Source of the DNA: Candidatus Coprovivens sp.
Lineage (GTDB): Bacteria; Bacillota_I; Bacilli_A; RF39; UBA660
DNA length: 64,000 bases
NCBI GenBank assembly: GCA_051892935.1
Contig: JBJFGS010000025.1
Location: 64,001-128,000 of the forward strand
Reading direction: 5' to 3'
Shown: positions 37,619 to 48,029 of the stretch, in pieces
Layout of the letters: every line of letters begins with the position of its first letter
Numbering within the stretch: the stretch's first letter is position 1
Position numbers and translations under genes: made by a program
The notes under the pieces: model-generated
What the model was told of the DNA's origin: nothing
What the model saw: the letters and a program-made list of their open reading frames with translations, nothing else
The model's database searches: none

Positions 37619-39625
37619 TTACCCAACAGGTGGAATAAAATTAGGTTTAATTGTTCCATTATTACTAACTTGACCATTTGAAGAAACATTCGGCATCATC
37701 ATATCTGGTTTAGAATTATCATAAAAATTAGTAATAACTTGAGATTGAACTTCGTTAGTAGGCTGAGAAACAACATTACCTGTATCATTAGCAGATTTTG
37801 CATTTACCTGAGAAACAGCTACACCTCCACCACTCTGTTGATTACCAGAATTATTAGAATTAGCAGCCGTTCCATGAACTTTCCAACAATTATTAACATC
37901 ACATGAATTAGAATTAGGTGCAGGGTTAGGCATTTCCATTTTTATAACCATTGGTAGCTTAAATGCTCCACCAAATCCAACACAATTACCTGGCTGTAAA
38001 ATTTTCTGCTTTTCAATAACATCAGCAGAAATATTAGGTAACATCGTTCTAATATATTCAATATCCTTAGGATGTGTCATTTTAAATATTAAGAAATTAC
38101 TACATTGAGCAATAACTGTTTCTGATATTTCTACAGGTCTTTGCGAAATTATATTAAGTAAAACTCCATACTTACGACCTTCTTTAGCAATTCTATCAAA
38201 TATATTATATCCAATTAAGAAAACATCTGCATCCTTTTGAACATATCTATGAGCTTCTTCCAAAAACAAATGAAACGGAATTTGTGCTCTTTGTTTTCTA
38301 GTCTTACAAAAATCAAAGAATATTCTAGCAATAATTTTAACAATAATCTTCGCTTGAGTATCATCAATATCTTCCAAATTAATATTAATAACTTGTGCTT
38401 TCTTATTACCAACAGCAACTAACGAAGCAATATATGTTTCATAAGAAATATAAGTATCACATTTATATATATTAGCAATTTTACTATTTATCAAAGAATT
38501 TAATCTAACTTTTAATAACATAGAATCATCATATAATTGTTCATTACTTTGGAAACCTTCACTTATTAAAGTAAACTCTAAAGCCGCAGCAAAATCTCTC
38601 ATTGAATAAAAAGCATTAACTGGTTCTTCAGTCATTTCCAAATCTTCATCAATATGTTTTAAAATATAATCAGTAATTAAAACAGATTCTCCAAAATTAC
38701 CATTACTATCTATTTCAAAACACTCAGATAACGTTCTAGTATAACCCAATCCTTGAATAACACTATCAAAATTAAAATCGTTAGTATGGCATACTTCTAA
38801 TACCTTAAATATTTCATTTTTCTTATTAGCAGTAATTTGATTACTATATAAAATAGCAATTAATGCTTTCGCTATTAAATGATCTTTATATCTATTAGCT
38901 ACTTCATCATCTTTACTAAATATTCTAGTTAACTTTAAAGACCTTTCTATGATAGGAATTTGACTATGTTTATCTGCTTGTAACATAATAGTTAAATCAT
39001 CCATGTTTAATAAATGAAAAGGAATCTTTAATTCGTAATCAGATTCTTCTTGAATATTAGTTGTAATAAATTTATAACTATAATTAGGATTAATCTTACC
39101 TAAATCTCTAAAAGCAGTCTTATATTCACCATAAGCATCAAAAATGAAAATATTAGCATTATAAGAAACTAAATTAGGATTAGAAAAGATATTTTGAACT
39201 AATCTTGCAACCCCACATGACTTACCTGAACCAGTATTTCCAAATACTGCCATATGATTAGCAAATAGATTATTAATATCAGCAAAAACATCATAATCAG
39301 TATAAATAGAGCTTCTTCCTAATTTAAATGTTGTCTCATCATAAACCCCAACAATAGCACTAAGTTCTTGATCATTAATAGTTCTTATTTTACTAGATAA
39401 AACAGGCTTTCTAATAACACCTGATACATATCTCCCATTCATAAATTCCCCAAGAAATCTTATTTTAATTATTTCATCAGTAACTTCTTCTACTTCACCC
39501 AAAATAGCTTGATTTGGAGCTTCAAAAACTACATGGACATTCATTAAATCTCCCATTTCTTCAGCTTTAGCTATAGTAGTAACGTGAGCTACGTTTCCAG
39601 AAATAAATTTAATATTACCAAACAT
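37619..39625 (-). CDS. HerA/FtsK-family ATPase (DUF87) with low-complexity C-terminal tail
   Basis: HMAVFGNTGSGKS, LFLEEAHRY, RIAKEGRKYG and SQRP. Confidence 0.92.
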   Translation of the reverse strand: MFGNIKFISGNVAHVTTIAKAEEMGDLMNVHVVFEAPNQAILGEVEEVTDEIIKIRFLGEFMNGRYVSGVIRKPVLSSKIRTINDQELSAIVGVYDETTFKLGRSSIYTDYDVFADINNLFANHMAVFGNTGSGKSCGVARLVQNIFSNPNLVSYNANIFIFDAYGEYKTAFRDLGKINPNYSYKFITTNIQEESDYELKIPFHLLNMDDLTIMLQADKHSQIPIIERSLKLTRIFSKDDEVANRYKDHLIAKALIAILYSNQITANKKNEIFKVLEVCHTNDFNFDSVIQGLGYTRTLSECFEIDSNGNFGESVLITDYILKHIDEDLEMTEEPVNAFYSMRDFAAALEFTLISEGFQSNEQLYDDSMLLKVRLNSLINSKIANIYKCDTYISYETYIASLVAVGNKKAQVININLEDIDDTQAKIIVKIIARIFFDFCKTRKQRAQIPFHLFLEEAHRYVQKDADVFLIGYNIFDRIAKEGRKYGVLLNIISQRPVEISETVIAQCSNFLIFKMTHPKDIEYIRTMLPNISADVIEKQKILQPGNCVGFGGAFKLPMVIKMEMPNPAPNSNSCDVNNCWKVHGTAANSNNSGNQQSGGGVAVSQVNAKSANDTGNVVSQPTNEVQSQVITNFYDNSKPDMMMPNVSSNGQVSNNGTIKPNFIPPVG

Positions 39626-39704
39626 AACCAACACCTCTTTTATTATATACAACTATATCTTAACACAAAACAAAAATAAATTAAATAAAAAAGAACTATT
39701 TTTC

Positions 39705-41534
39705 CTAGTTCTTTAATTTAACTTTATCATTCTGTATAATAGAATTTCTAAATATAGAATTCCTTATTTTATTAATATATTGACCATATAAATCAGGATT
39801 GAATTCCTTAATAACATTTACAGCTCTATCAAACCTCAAACTATTAATGCCACTAACATTTAAATAATGAGTTTTACTTATGTAATCACCATTTATAAAC
39901 TCTCTTATTATAAAAGAATGATGTTTTAACATTAATTCATCAACATACTGACGTCTAATTAATATACTACACGCTAACTCATCATATAATTTCTTTTGAA
40001 CTAATAACACATCACTTTTCAAAGAAGGATACAAAATATTTAAAGAAGCACACATATATTTAAAATCATCTAAACTAAAATTCTCTTCCTGATACATTAG
40101 TAAAGAACCATTATCAGAAATAACATTAATCATTTCCTTTATATGTATTAACCCATAAGAAGCAAAATATTGATTAAATACACCATCTAAATAGTTTTTC
40201 CATTCTTTTATAGAAATGTATTTATAACCAACCATTTTTCTAATAAATTCCAAATATGCTTTATGAATAATATCTCTATTATGAATATCTGCATATATAT
40301 CTTTTTTCCATTCAAGTAAAATTAAATCAAAAGTATTCTTCTTTACTTCATCACTATCAAAGAATATATTTCTACCAAAATACTTTTTATCCCTAGAATA
40401 AAACCACTTAACAACATCATAAAAAGTATCTTGATATTCTTCACTAACATTTAAATAAATAAAATAATTTATAGTTACAGAAATAGGTCTTTTCAACTCT
40501 TCAAGTAAATAATCATAATTACTTAATACATACTCTTTCTTTCGATTATAATTATCAAAAGAAAGAGCAAATTCATTTACTTCTCCTTTCCATTCTTCTC
40601 CCTTTATACTTAAACTTTTAGATTTACCTAAATATTCACGAAAACAATCAAAATTACAAAAAGAATCTCTATCATTATTTAAAATAATATATAATAATTC
40701 CCTGTTCAATAAAGAATATTTAGAATAATAAAAAGAACTAAAATTACTGCCAACAGTACTATTATAAAACTCTATAAACTCATCTAAAGTAAAATATAAA
40801 TGACTACTAGTATATTCTTTATAAGTAAGTAAAACACTCTTTCTTAAAACATCTCTATCAAAACTATTATCAATAATTAACATTATATTTTTAAATAATA
40901 AAGATAAATTTGATACATCAAATAATCTAATATTTTCATAATCCTTAATAAAGAAAGAAATATCATCGAAAGTAATACCAAGTAATCTAAAATTATTAAG
41001 TAAAAACTTAATATCATAACAGCACATAAAAGAAACAGCTTTTTTCTTTCTTAAAACATTCTCCTTCTCATTATAAATATCTAAAAAACAATTATATAAA
41101 TCATATATAGTTAAACATTTATTTAAAGCACTATAAGAAATAATATCATCATTAATAACATTTTCTATTAAAGAAGAAGAAAAAAGCTTTAAAACGCCTT
41201 TAAATACATCAATATTACTAGATTGTAATAAATAATAAATAATAATATTTCTAACATCAAAATCTAAACAAACTTCATCCATTTCATAAAGTATCAATTC
41301 TCTACTACAAGTAAAATCAAGTAATTCAAAATCATCCATAAAATGATCAGAATAACAAAGTAATAAATCATTAATATCATCACTAGAAAAACTATCTTTA
41401 CTCAATATATTCCTAAGTAATACTACTTCATCACTCTCTCCATATAAAAAATAAAGATTACTAAAAGCTCTTTTCTTCAACAATATAATCTTTTTAAAAA
41501 CATATTCACTTAAAAAAGACTTTATATCATTCAT
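39705..41534 (-). CDS. Hypothetical protein, paralogue of 41615..43864
   Basis: Shared blocks DDINDLLLCYSDH, GITFDDI, YLLEELK.PI, YFGRN and DY.SK. Confidence 0.75.
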   Translation of the reverse strand: MNDIKSFLSEYVFKKIILLKKRAFSNLYFLYGESDEVVLLRNILSKDSFSSDDINDLLLCYSDHFMDDFELLDFTCSRELILYEMDEVCLDFDVRNIIIYYLLQSSNIDVFKGVLKLFSSSLIENVINDDIISYSALNKCLTIYDLYNCFLDIYNEKENVLRKKKAVSFMCCYDIKFLLNNFRLLGITFDDISFFIKDYENIRLFDVSNLSLLFKNIMLIIDNSFDRDVLRKSVLLTYKEYTSSHLYFTLDEFIEFYNSTVGSNFSSFYYSKYSLLNRELLYIILNNDRDSFCNFDCFREYLGKSKSLSIKGEEWKGEVNEFALSFDNYNRKKEYVLSNYDYLLEELKRPISVTINYFIYLNVSEEYQDTFYDVVKWFYSRDKKYFGRNIFFDSDEVKKNTFDLILLEWKKDIYADIHNRDIIHKAYLEFIRKMVGYKYISIKEWKNYLDGVFNQYFASYGLIHIKEMINVISDNGSLLMYQEENFSLDDFKYMCASLNILYPSLKSDVLLVQKKLYDELACSILIRRQYVDELMLKHHSFIIREFINGDYISKTHYLNVSGINSLRFDRAVNVIKEFNPDLYGQYINKIRNSIFRNSIIQNDKVKLKN

Positions 41535-41614
41535 ATATCTCCTCCTAAAGTCAAATTAATATAACAAAAAAGTATATTAAAGTAAATAAAAAGAATTAGA
41601 AAAATCTAATTCTT

Positions 41615-43864
41615 TTACTTTTTACCAACATGTTTAACACCATCTAATTCATCTAAATATTCTTTAGTAATCTCTCCCTTTAAAACTTTATTCAAAGCTC
41701 CTTTATACAAAGAATAATAATTAGATAATCCTTTAATCCTTAAAAACCTTAAAGCAAGCTCTTTTTCTTCAAGACTAACTTCATGCATAATATCATCAAT
41801 TTTAATAATAAGTCTTTCATTAAATATCTCTTGATTAGTAACTAGTCTACTAGATTTAACCATTTTTTCAAAACTTCTAAATTGTCTAATATTAATACTA
41901 TTCAACTTTTTAGAATTAACTACTAAAACAGTAAATTTATCAAAAGGCAAATTAGTTAACAAACAATAATCTAAAAAAGTAAAAGGTCTAACTATACCAT
42001 TATCATTTACACCTTCAACTAAAGCTTTTAAAACATAATCAACCATTTTCATAAGTACAGCATATCTTTGAGATTTTAACATATCAAACTTATTAATAAA
42101 CTGAATGTATAAATTATAATCATTCTCCATAACATTATTCAAAATCTTATCAAATTGAGTTTCACTAAGTCCTTCTTCTTCCAAAAAAGCTTCTTTACTT
42201 TTGTAATCCTTATTTAAAAATCTTTCTAAAAGGATAGAACACTTTCTTGCTTCTTCCATTTTTTTATCAAGGTTTCTCAAATCTAAAACTCTATTCTTAT
42301 CATTTGTATATACATCATATAAAATAACTAATTTATTTTCCAATTCAGGATGTTTACTCTTAAACGCATCAAAACAAAGATCGAAATCATCAACTAAACC
42401 AATTTCTTCAGCTTTTAAATATATATTATCCACTTGATTGACTAATGACAAAAGTATCATCATTCTATCATAACCAATTCTATAATAGTAATCCTTTTCC
42501 AATAGTTTCATTTGATTATTCCAAGAACTTTTAGAAATATATCTTTTACCTAAAAATTTACATACAATATCATAGTATTCTTTATATATAGCATTACGAT
42601 TAACAAAATCTAAAGTAATCTTTTCTCTACAATTATCCAAAATATCTTTATAAGTATTTTGTTGTTCTTCGACACTAGATTTTAAAACATTTCTTCCGAA
42701 GTATTCATAATCATTCTCACAAATCCAAGAAACTATTTCTTTAAAAAAAACAATATCTTCAACATTAACATTTAATAAAACAAAATAATCAAAAGTAAAT
42801 CTAATAGGTTTCTTTAATTCTTCTAATAAATATGAATATTCTTTTAGAACTCTTTCTTTATTATGATAGTTTTTAACATCTAATTTACACCAATAATCGA
42901 TAAATGATTTATACCTATTAGTATCGCTTAAAAAAGAACTATGTTTACTAAAAATATCGTATATACCAGAAGAGCCTTGAACCATAAATCTAAAACTAAT
43001 GCTTTTCATTATTGTATAAAACAAATCTACTGACAATAAAACAGGACCATCACTATTTATATAAAAAGAACTAAAATCATCTTTAAAAGTATCATTATAA
43101 TAAGAAATAAAATCTTCATCTAAGAAATTAATATGTAATTTAGAATACTTATCGTATTCACTAATTACTTTATTATATAATTTTTCATCACCCAAAGTTC
43201 TATGTTTAATACTAAATTGATTATTAAGTATTCTCCGACATTCTTTTTCATTTAATGATATATTCTTTTGATCAGCCAAAGAAAAAAAGTCATCAATATC
43301 ATCAAAAGTAATACCTATTTTTTTAAATTTATCTGAAAAGAAAGAGTAATCAATTAATCCCATTAAAGCAATAACTTTCATCTTTTTTTCTTCTATATTA
43401 GAAATATTACATATATCATTAACTAAAATATATAAGTCATATAAAGACTCACCAATATGCAAATCAACAACACTCTCAATAGAATCACTTCTTTTAAAGA
43501 AACAATCATAAGGAATACATTGTAAAACCCTTAAATTAAAGTCAAAATCCTTTATACTTAATAAATAATATAAAATTAAATTAGTAATATTAAAAGTAGT
43601 CCCAAATTGTTCAAAATCATAGTATAATTCCTTATTATTTAATACTAATTCCAATATTTCTTCATTACTTAATAAATGATCAGAATAACAAAGTAATAAA
43701 TCATTAATATCATCTAATGAATAAACACTCTTACCTATTATATCTTTATAAGTATTATAATCCTCATTACTATCAAAATAATAATATTTTTTCAAATCTT
43801 TCTGAGTAGCAATTTTAGCACAAAAAGAAATACGCAAACGTTGTATGATTTCTTCAAAATCCAT
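41615..43864 (-). CDS. Hypothetical protein, paralogue of 39705..41534 with C-terminal extension
   Basis: Same shared blocks; start at ATG 43864 after AGGTGA. Confidence 0.75.
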   Translation of the reverse strand: MDFEEIIQRLRISFCAKIATQKDLKKYYYFDSNEDYNTYKDIIGKSVYSLDDINDLLLCYSDHLLSNEEILELVLNNKELYYDFEQFGTTFNITNLILYYLLSIKDFDFNLRVLQCIPYDCFFKRSDSIESVVDLHIGESLYDLYILVNDICNISNIEEKKMKVIALMGLIDYSFFSDKFKKIGITFDDIDDFFSLADQKNISLNEKECRRILNNQFSIKHRTLGDEKLYNKVISEYDKYSKLHINFLDEDFISYYNDTFKDDFSSFYINSDGPVLLSVDLFYTIMKSISFRFMVQGSSGIYDIFSKHSSFLSDTNRYKSFIDYWCKLDVKNYHNKERVLKEYSYLLEELKKPIRFTFDYFVLLNVNVEDIVFFKEIVSWICENDYEYFGRNVLKSSVEEQQNTYKDILDNCREKITLDFVNRNAIYKEYYDIVCKFLGKRYISKSSWNNQMKLLEKDYYYRIGYDRMMILLSLVNQVDNIYLKAEEIGLVDDFDLCFDAFKSKHPELENKLVILYDVYTNDKNRVLDLRNLDKKMEEARKCSILLERFLNKDYKSKEAFLEEEGLSETQFDKILNNVMENDYNLYIQFINKFDMLKSQRYAVLMKMVDYVLKALVEGVNDNGIVRPFTFLDYCLLTNLPFDKFTVLVVNSKKLNSINIRQFRSFEKMVKSSRLVTNQEIFNERLIIKIDDIMHEVSLEEKELALRFLRIKGLSNYYSLYKGALNKVLKGEITKEYLDELDGVKHVGKK

Positions 43865-43937
43865 AAAATCATCACCTATCATTGTATAAATGATAACATA
43901 ACAAAACATTCCGTGCAAATTAAAAAAGATTTATATT

Positions 43938-44741
43938 TTAAATCTTTTTTAAATTTTTACTATTAATAAAATTTAAATGTTTCAAATAATGAAATTTACT
44001 TCTATAGATAATGCCAGTATCAGAATCCTTAATAGCACCAAAATCATCAATATATTCATCATCACTCTTAGTTACTAAAGTAGGATCAAAAACTTTTATT
44101 TTTTCTTCTTGAATATCTAATCCCCAATTTTCAAAAGTTATATTAGCAAGTTGTTGTTCCAAAGGAACATAATTAGGATTATCAACTATTTTATAGCACC
44201 CATTACTCATATAAATAGATTCCATATCAACAATAGCATATTTACTTGGAACATCTTGCATAACAAATCTATCTGCTATACTAATAAGTTCACTTTGTGC
44301 AGAGAGCCCCTTACCTTTTACAGATATATTAATACATCCTTCATGATAATGATAACAAGAATACTCTCTTTTAATTTGTTCAAGTATTTCTTTATTTTCA
44401 TCAGATAAGCAATCAATCTCTAATTCAATCCAAGCATCCTTATCTATACTATCACTACACATAAAAGTATAAATATTCTTACTCCATAATATTTGGCAAG
44501 CTGGAACACATTCTTCAATTATCCATCTACGAGGTTCTACCTCTACCATTTCTTGTGAAACTCGTGGAGCACCTTCATATTGTTTATTATTAGCAAGCTT
44601 TTTCCCACTAATAACAGCTGCTGTATCATTTAATTTAGAAGATAACCTTCTATACAATATAGAAACCTTTAACTTAGCTTTATCAAGTATAGTTGCTTTT
44701 CTCCCTAATCTTTCATCTAATAACATTTCATCTAAATTCAT
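43938..44741 (-). CDS. Hypothetical protein
   Basis: 267-aa ORF with RBS AGGGGA; contains IEECVPACQILWSKNIYTFMCS. Confidence 0.7.
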   Translation of the reverse strand: MNLDEMLLDERLGRKATILDKAKLKVSILYRRLSSKLNDTAAVISGKKLANNKQYEGAPRVSQEMVEVEPRRWIIEECVPACQILWSKNIYTFMCSDSIDKDAWIELEIDCLSDENKEILEQIKREYSCYHYHEGCINISVKGKGLSAQSELISIADRFVMQDVPSKYAIVDMESIYMSNGCYKIVDNPNYVPLEQQLANITFENWGLDIQEEKIKVFDPTLVTKSDDEYIDDFGAIKDSDTGIIYRSKFHYLKHLNFINSKNLKKI

Positions 44742-44809
44742 TTCAAAATCCCCTTACATCTATAATTATAACCCCAAAATAAAAAAACAGGCAAATTTAC
44801 ATCCTGTTT

Positions 44810-46261
44810 TCATCTTTTATTTAATTCATCAGTTATTATTTCTTTCGTCATAACTGGATTAGCTTTACCTCTCGTATTTTTCATAACTTGACCAACAAAG
44901 TAATCAAATAAATTTGTCTTACCAGCTTTATACTGTTCGATTTGCGTACTACTATTATCCATTATTTCACAAATAATACGAGTAAGTTCATCTTTATCAC
45001 TAATTTGCGCATTCTCTTTACTAATAAAGTTTTTAGGTTCTTTATTATTTTCAATAGCTTTAAAGAAAACTTCTTTAGCTTGCTTACTAGATAAAATACC
45101 AGTTGCTAAAGCATCTGTAATTTGTTTTAACATTGAAGGAGTAATATAAAACTCCGAAATACTTTTATCTTCTTTATTTAATTCACCAACTATATTAACA
45201 GTAACCCAGTTAGAAGCGACTTTAGCATCAATTCCTAATTCAACACATTCTTCATAATAATCAGAAATTGCTTTTTCTTTAACCAATACACCTGCATCAT
45301 AAGAAGATAATCCAAATTTATCAATATATTTTTTCTTTCTATCCATAGCAAGTTCAGGTATAGAATTTCTAATTTCTTCTAACCATTCTTTACTAATCTT
45401 GTATTTAGGAATATTAGGTTCAACAAAATATTTATAATCAATTGCATCTGCTTTACTTCTCATATGAATAGTAGACTGACTCTCCTCATCCCAACGTCTA
45501 GTTTCTTGTTCAATAACACCGCCATTTTCTAGTAATTCAGTTTGTCTTTCTATTTCATAATTAATTGAATCTCTAACACCACCAAAAGAGTTTACGTTCT
45601 TAATTTCAACTTTAGTTCCCCAATTATTAGGATCAGACTCATCTAAAGATGCATCCATTAACGAAACGTTAACATCACACCTAATTTGACCTTTCTTAGT
45701 ATCAGCCTCAGATACACCAGCATATTGATAAACACTTCTCATATGCTCTAAAAACGCAACAGCTTCACTTGCACTATGAAAATCAGGTTCAGTAACTAAT
45801 TCCATCAAAGGAACACCTGCTCTATTATAATCAATATTACTAGTTGAATAAAAATGATCTAAAGAAGCAGCATCTTCTTCTAAATGGAAATTATTAACTC
45901 TTACCTTTTTTATTTCATCACCACATTCAAATTCAACCTCACCATAAATACCAGCAGGAATTGGTTTAGTTTCTTGAGTAATTTGAAAACCCTTTGGTAA
46001 ATCAGGATAATAATAATTTTTTCTTTCAAAATAGAAAAACTCAGGTTGACTACATTTCAAAATCATACTAATCATTAAAGCTTTTTTTACAGCTTCTTTA
46101 TTTACAACAGGTAATATACCAGGAAAAGCCATATCTACAGCAGATATATTACAGTTAGGAGTAGACTCATACGAGTTACGAGAACTACTAAATACTTTAG
46201 AATTAGTTTCACTCATCTCACAATGCATTTCTAATCCTATTTTAGCTAAATACTTAGTCAT
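44810..46261 (-). CDS. gatB: Asp/Glu-tRNA amidotransferase subunit B
   Basis: IGLEMH, YYYPDLPKGFQITQ, RCDVNVS, EIKNVNS and FVGQVMK. Confidence 0.98.
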   Translation of the reverse strand: MTKYLAKIGLEMHCEMSETNSKVFSSSRNSYESTPNCNISAVDMAFPGILPVVNKEAVKKALMISMILKCSQPEFFYFERKNYYYPDLPKGFQITQETKPIPAGIYGEVEFECGDEIKKVRVNNFHLEEDAASLDHFYSTSNIDYNRAGVPLMELVTEPDFHSASEAVAFLEHMRSVYQYAGVSEADTKKGQIRCDVNVSLMDASLDESDPNNWGTKVEIKNVNSFGGVRDSINYEIERQTELLENGGVIEQETRRWDEESQSTIHMRSKADAIDYKYFVEPNIPKYKISKEWLEEIRNSIPELAMDRKKKYIDKFGLSSYDAGVLVKEKAISDYYEECVELGIDAKVASNWVTVNIVGELNKEDKSISEFYITPSMLKQITDALATGILSSKQAKEVFFKAIENNKEPKNFISKENAQISDKDELTRIICEIMDNSSTQIEQYKAGKTNLFDYFVGQVMKNTRGKANPVMTKEIITDELNKR

Positions 46262-47727
46262 TATTTTACCTCCTTAACTACTTGGCCTTTATAATCCATT
46301 GCACTTTCAAGTGCATAAGCAATATTCAAAACTTTTTCATCTTCATAACAATTACCAGTTATATTAATACCTACAGGTAAGTTAGAAACAAAACCATTAG
46401 GTATAGTTATAGAAGGAAAACCGCCAAAATTACCTACCTGTAAATGTTCATCTAAAGACATTGTATTTATATCTTGTTTTAAATCTAATTCAGTAAACTT
46501 CTTAGCAGGTCCTACACCAACAGGACATAAAACTGCATCATATTTCTTATATAAATTTTTCCAAGTATCAACAATCATTCTTCGAGCTCTTTGAGCATTT
46601 TTAAAGTATCTTTCTTGGTTTTCTTTTTGTAATACATAAGAACCAATTACAAATCTTCTTTTTATTAATGGCGAAAAACCTTTAGTTCTATGATCTTTAA
46701 TCATATCAATGTAATTATCTCCTTCACCTCTAGGTCCAAAGATAATACCTGTTAAGTTACTCATATTACTAGTAGCTTCAGCACTATGAATAACTCTATA
46801 TACACTAAAAACTGCGTTAAGTAGTTTTCTATCTACCGAAACTTCATCTACTTCCATACCAATATTTCTCGCAAGTTCAATAGTTTTCTTAAAATTTTCT
46901 AAATGTTCTTTAAGTTCATGTGAAGCATTAGGATAGTTTTCTATATCACATATTTCTTTTACATAACATAACTTCATACCTTTAACATCACCAGTACAAG
47001 ATCCAAGTAAATCCATCTTACTAGAATCCCAAGAAGTCATATCATTAGGATCAATTCCTTTCATAGTATTAACTACTATTGCAGCATCTCTAACAGAACG
47101 AGTTAAAACACCACAATGATCTAAACTAGAAGCAAAAGGAAATAACCCATATCTTGAAATCATTCCGTATGTAGGTTTATATCCAACAATACCACAATAA
47201 GCAGCTGGTTTACGAATAGAATCTCCAGTATCAGAACCTAATGCATAAGGATATACTCCAGCTGCAACAGCAGCAGCTGATCCAGAAGAAGATCCAGCAC
47301 AAATACGAGTTCTATCCCAAGGATTTAATTGAACACCAGTATGACCAGTAGTACCAGTTCCACCCATACCAAATTCATCCATTGCTGTTTTATTTACTTT
47401 AATAGCTCCCGCTTTATTTAAATTAACAATAGCAGTAGCATCAAAAAAAGGTACATAATCTTTTAAAGTATTAGAACTTCCTGTTGAAAGAATACCCTTA
47501 GTAGAATAATTATCTTTAACACCATAAGGAATTCCAGATAGTAAATTATCAGTTACTTCACATCCTTTAGCATCATCCAAAATAGTAACGAAAGCATTAC
47601 ATTTATCTTGAATTTCATGACTACGTTCTAAAGATTCTTTAACTAACTCATCACTAGTTACATCACCTTTAACTAACATTTCATGTAATTCTTCAATTGA
47701 TTTATCCATATATTTCATCATCTTCAC
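46261..47727 (-). CDS. gatA: Asp/Glu-tRNA amidotransferase subunit A
   Basis: Amidase signature GSSSGSAAAVA, GSDTGDSIRKPA and IKRRFVIG. Confidence 0.97.
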   Translation of the reverse strand: MKMMKYMDKSIEELHEMLVKGDVTSDELVKESLERSHEIQDKCNAFVTILDDAKGCEVTDNLLSGIPYGVKDNYSTKGILSTGSSNTLKDYVPFFDATAIVNLNKAGAIKVNKTAMDEFGMGGTGTTGHTGVQLNPWDRTRICAGSSSGSAAAVAAGVYPYALGSDTGDSIRKPAAYCGIVGYKPTYGMISRYGLFPFASSLDHCGVLTRSVRDAAIVVNTMKGIDPNDMTSWDSSKMDLLGSCTGDVKGMKLCYVKEICDIENYPNASHELKEHLENFKKTIELARNIGMEVDEVSVDRKLLNAVFSVYRVIHSAEATSNMSNLTGIIFGPRGEGDNYIDMIKDHRTKGFSPLIKRRFVIGSYVLQKENQERYFKNAQRARRMIVDTWKNLYKKYDAVLCPVGVGPAKKFTELDLKQDINTMSLDEHLQVGNFGGFPSITIPNGFVSNLPVGINITGNCYEDEKVLNIAYALESAMDYKGQVVKEVK

Positions 47728-47729
47728 CT

Positions 47730-48029
47730 CTATCCTACTACCTTAGGTACAACTATTTCTCTATCTTCAGTATCATCACTATTAGCAAGCAAATCTTCAA
47801 TTGGTACAGAATCAACTGCAACATCTTCTCTTAATTCATAAACGAAATCATCTAAACAATGTGTCATAGGTTCGGCATCCTTAATACCATCTATTTCATT
47901 AATTAAATCAATATTAGCATCAATAGCTTCAAATTCATCTAATACCATAGCATTTTCTTCTGAACTAAGACCAATCAAAAGTTTATCTGCTAAGTCATCA
48001 ACTAATTCTTTTGTAAATACTTTACTCAT
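47730..48029 (-). CDS. gatC: Asp/Glu-tRNA amidotransferase subunit C
   Basis: EPMTH, LRED and VPKV; position before gatA. Confidence 0.93.
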   Translation of the reverse strand: MSKVFTKELVDDLADKLLIGLSSEENAMVLDEFEAIDANIDLINEIDGIKDAEPMTHCLDDFVYELREDVAVDSVPIEDLLANSDDTEDREIVVPKVVG

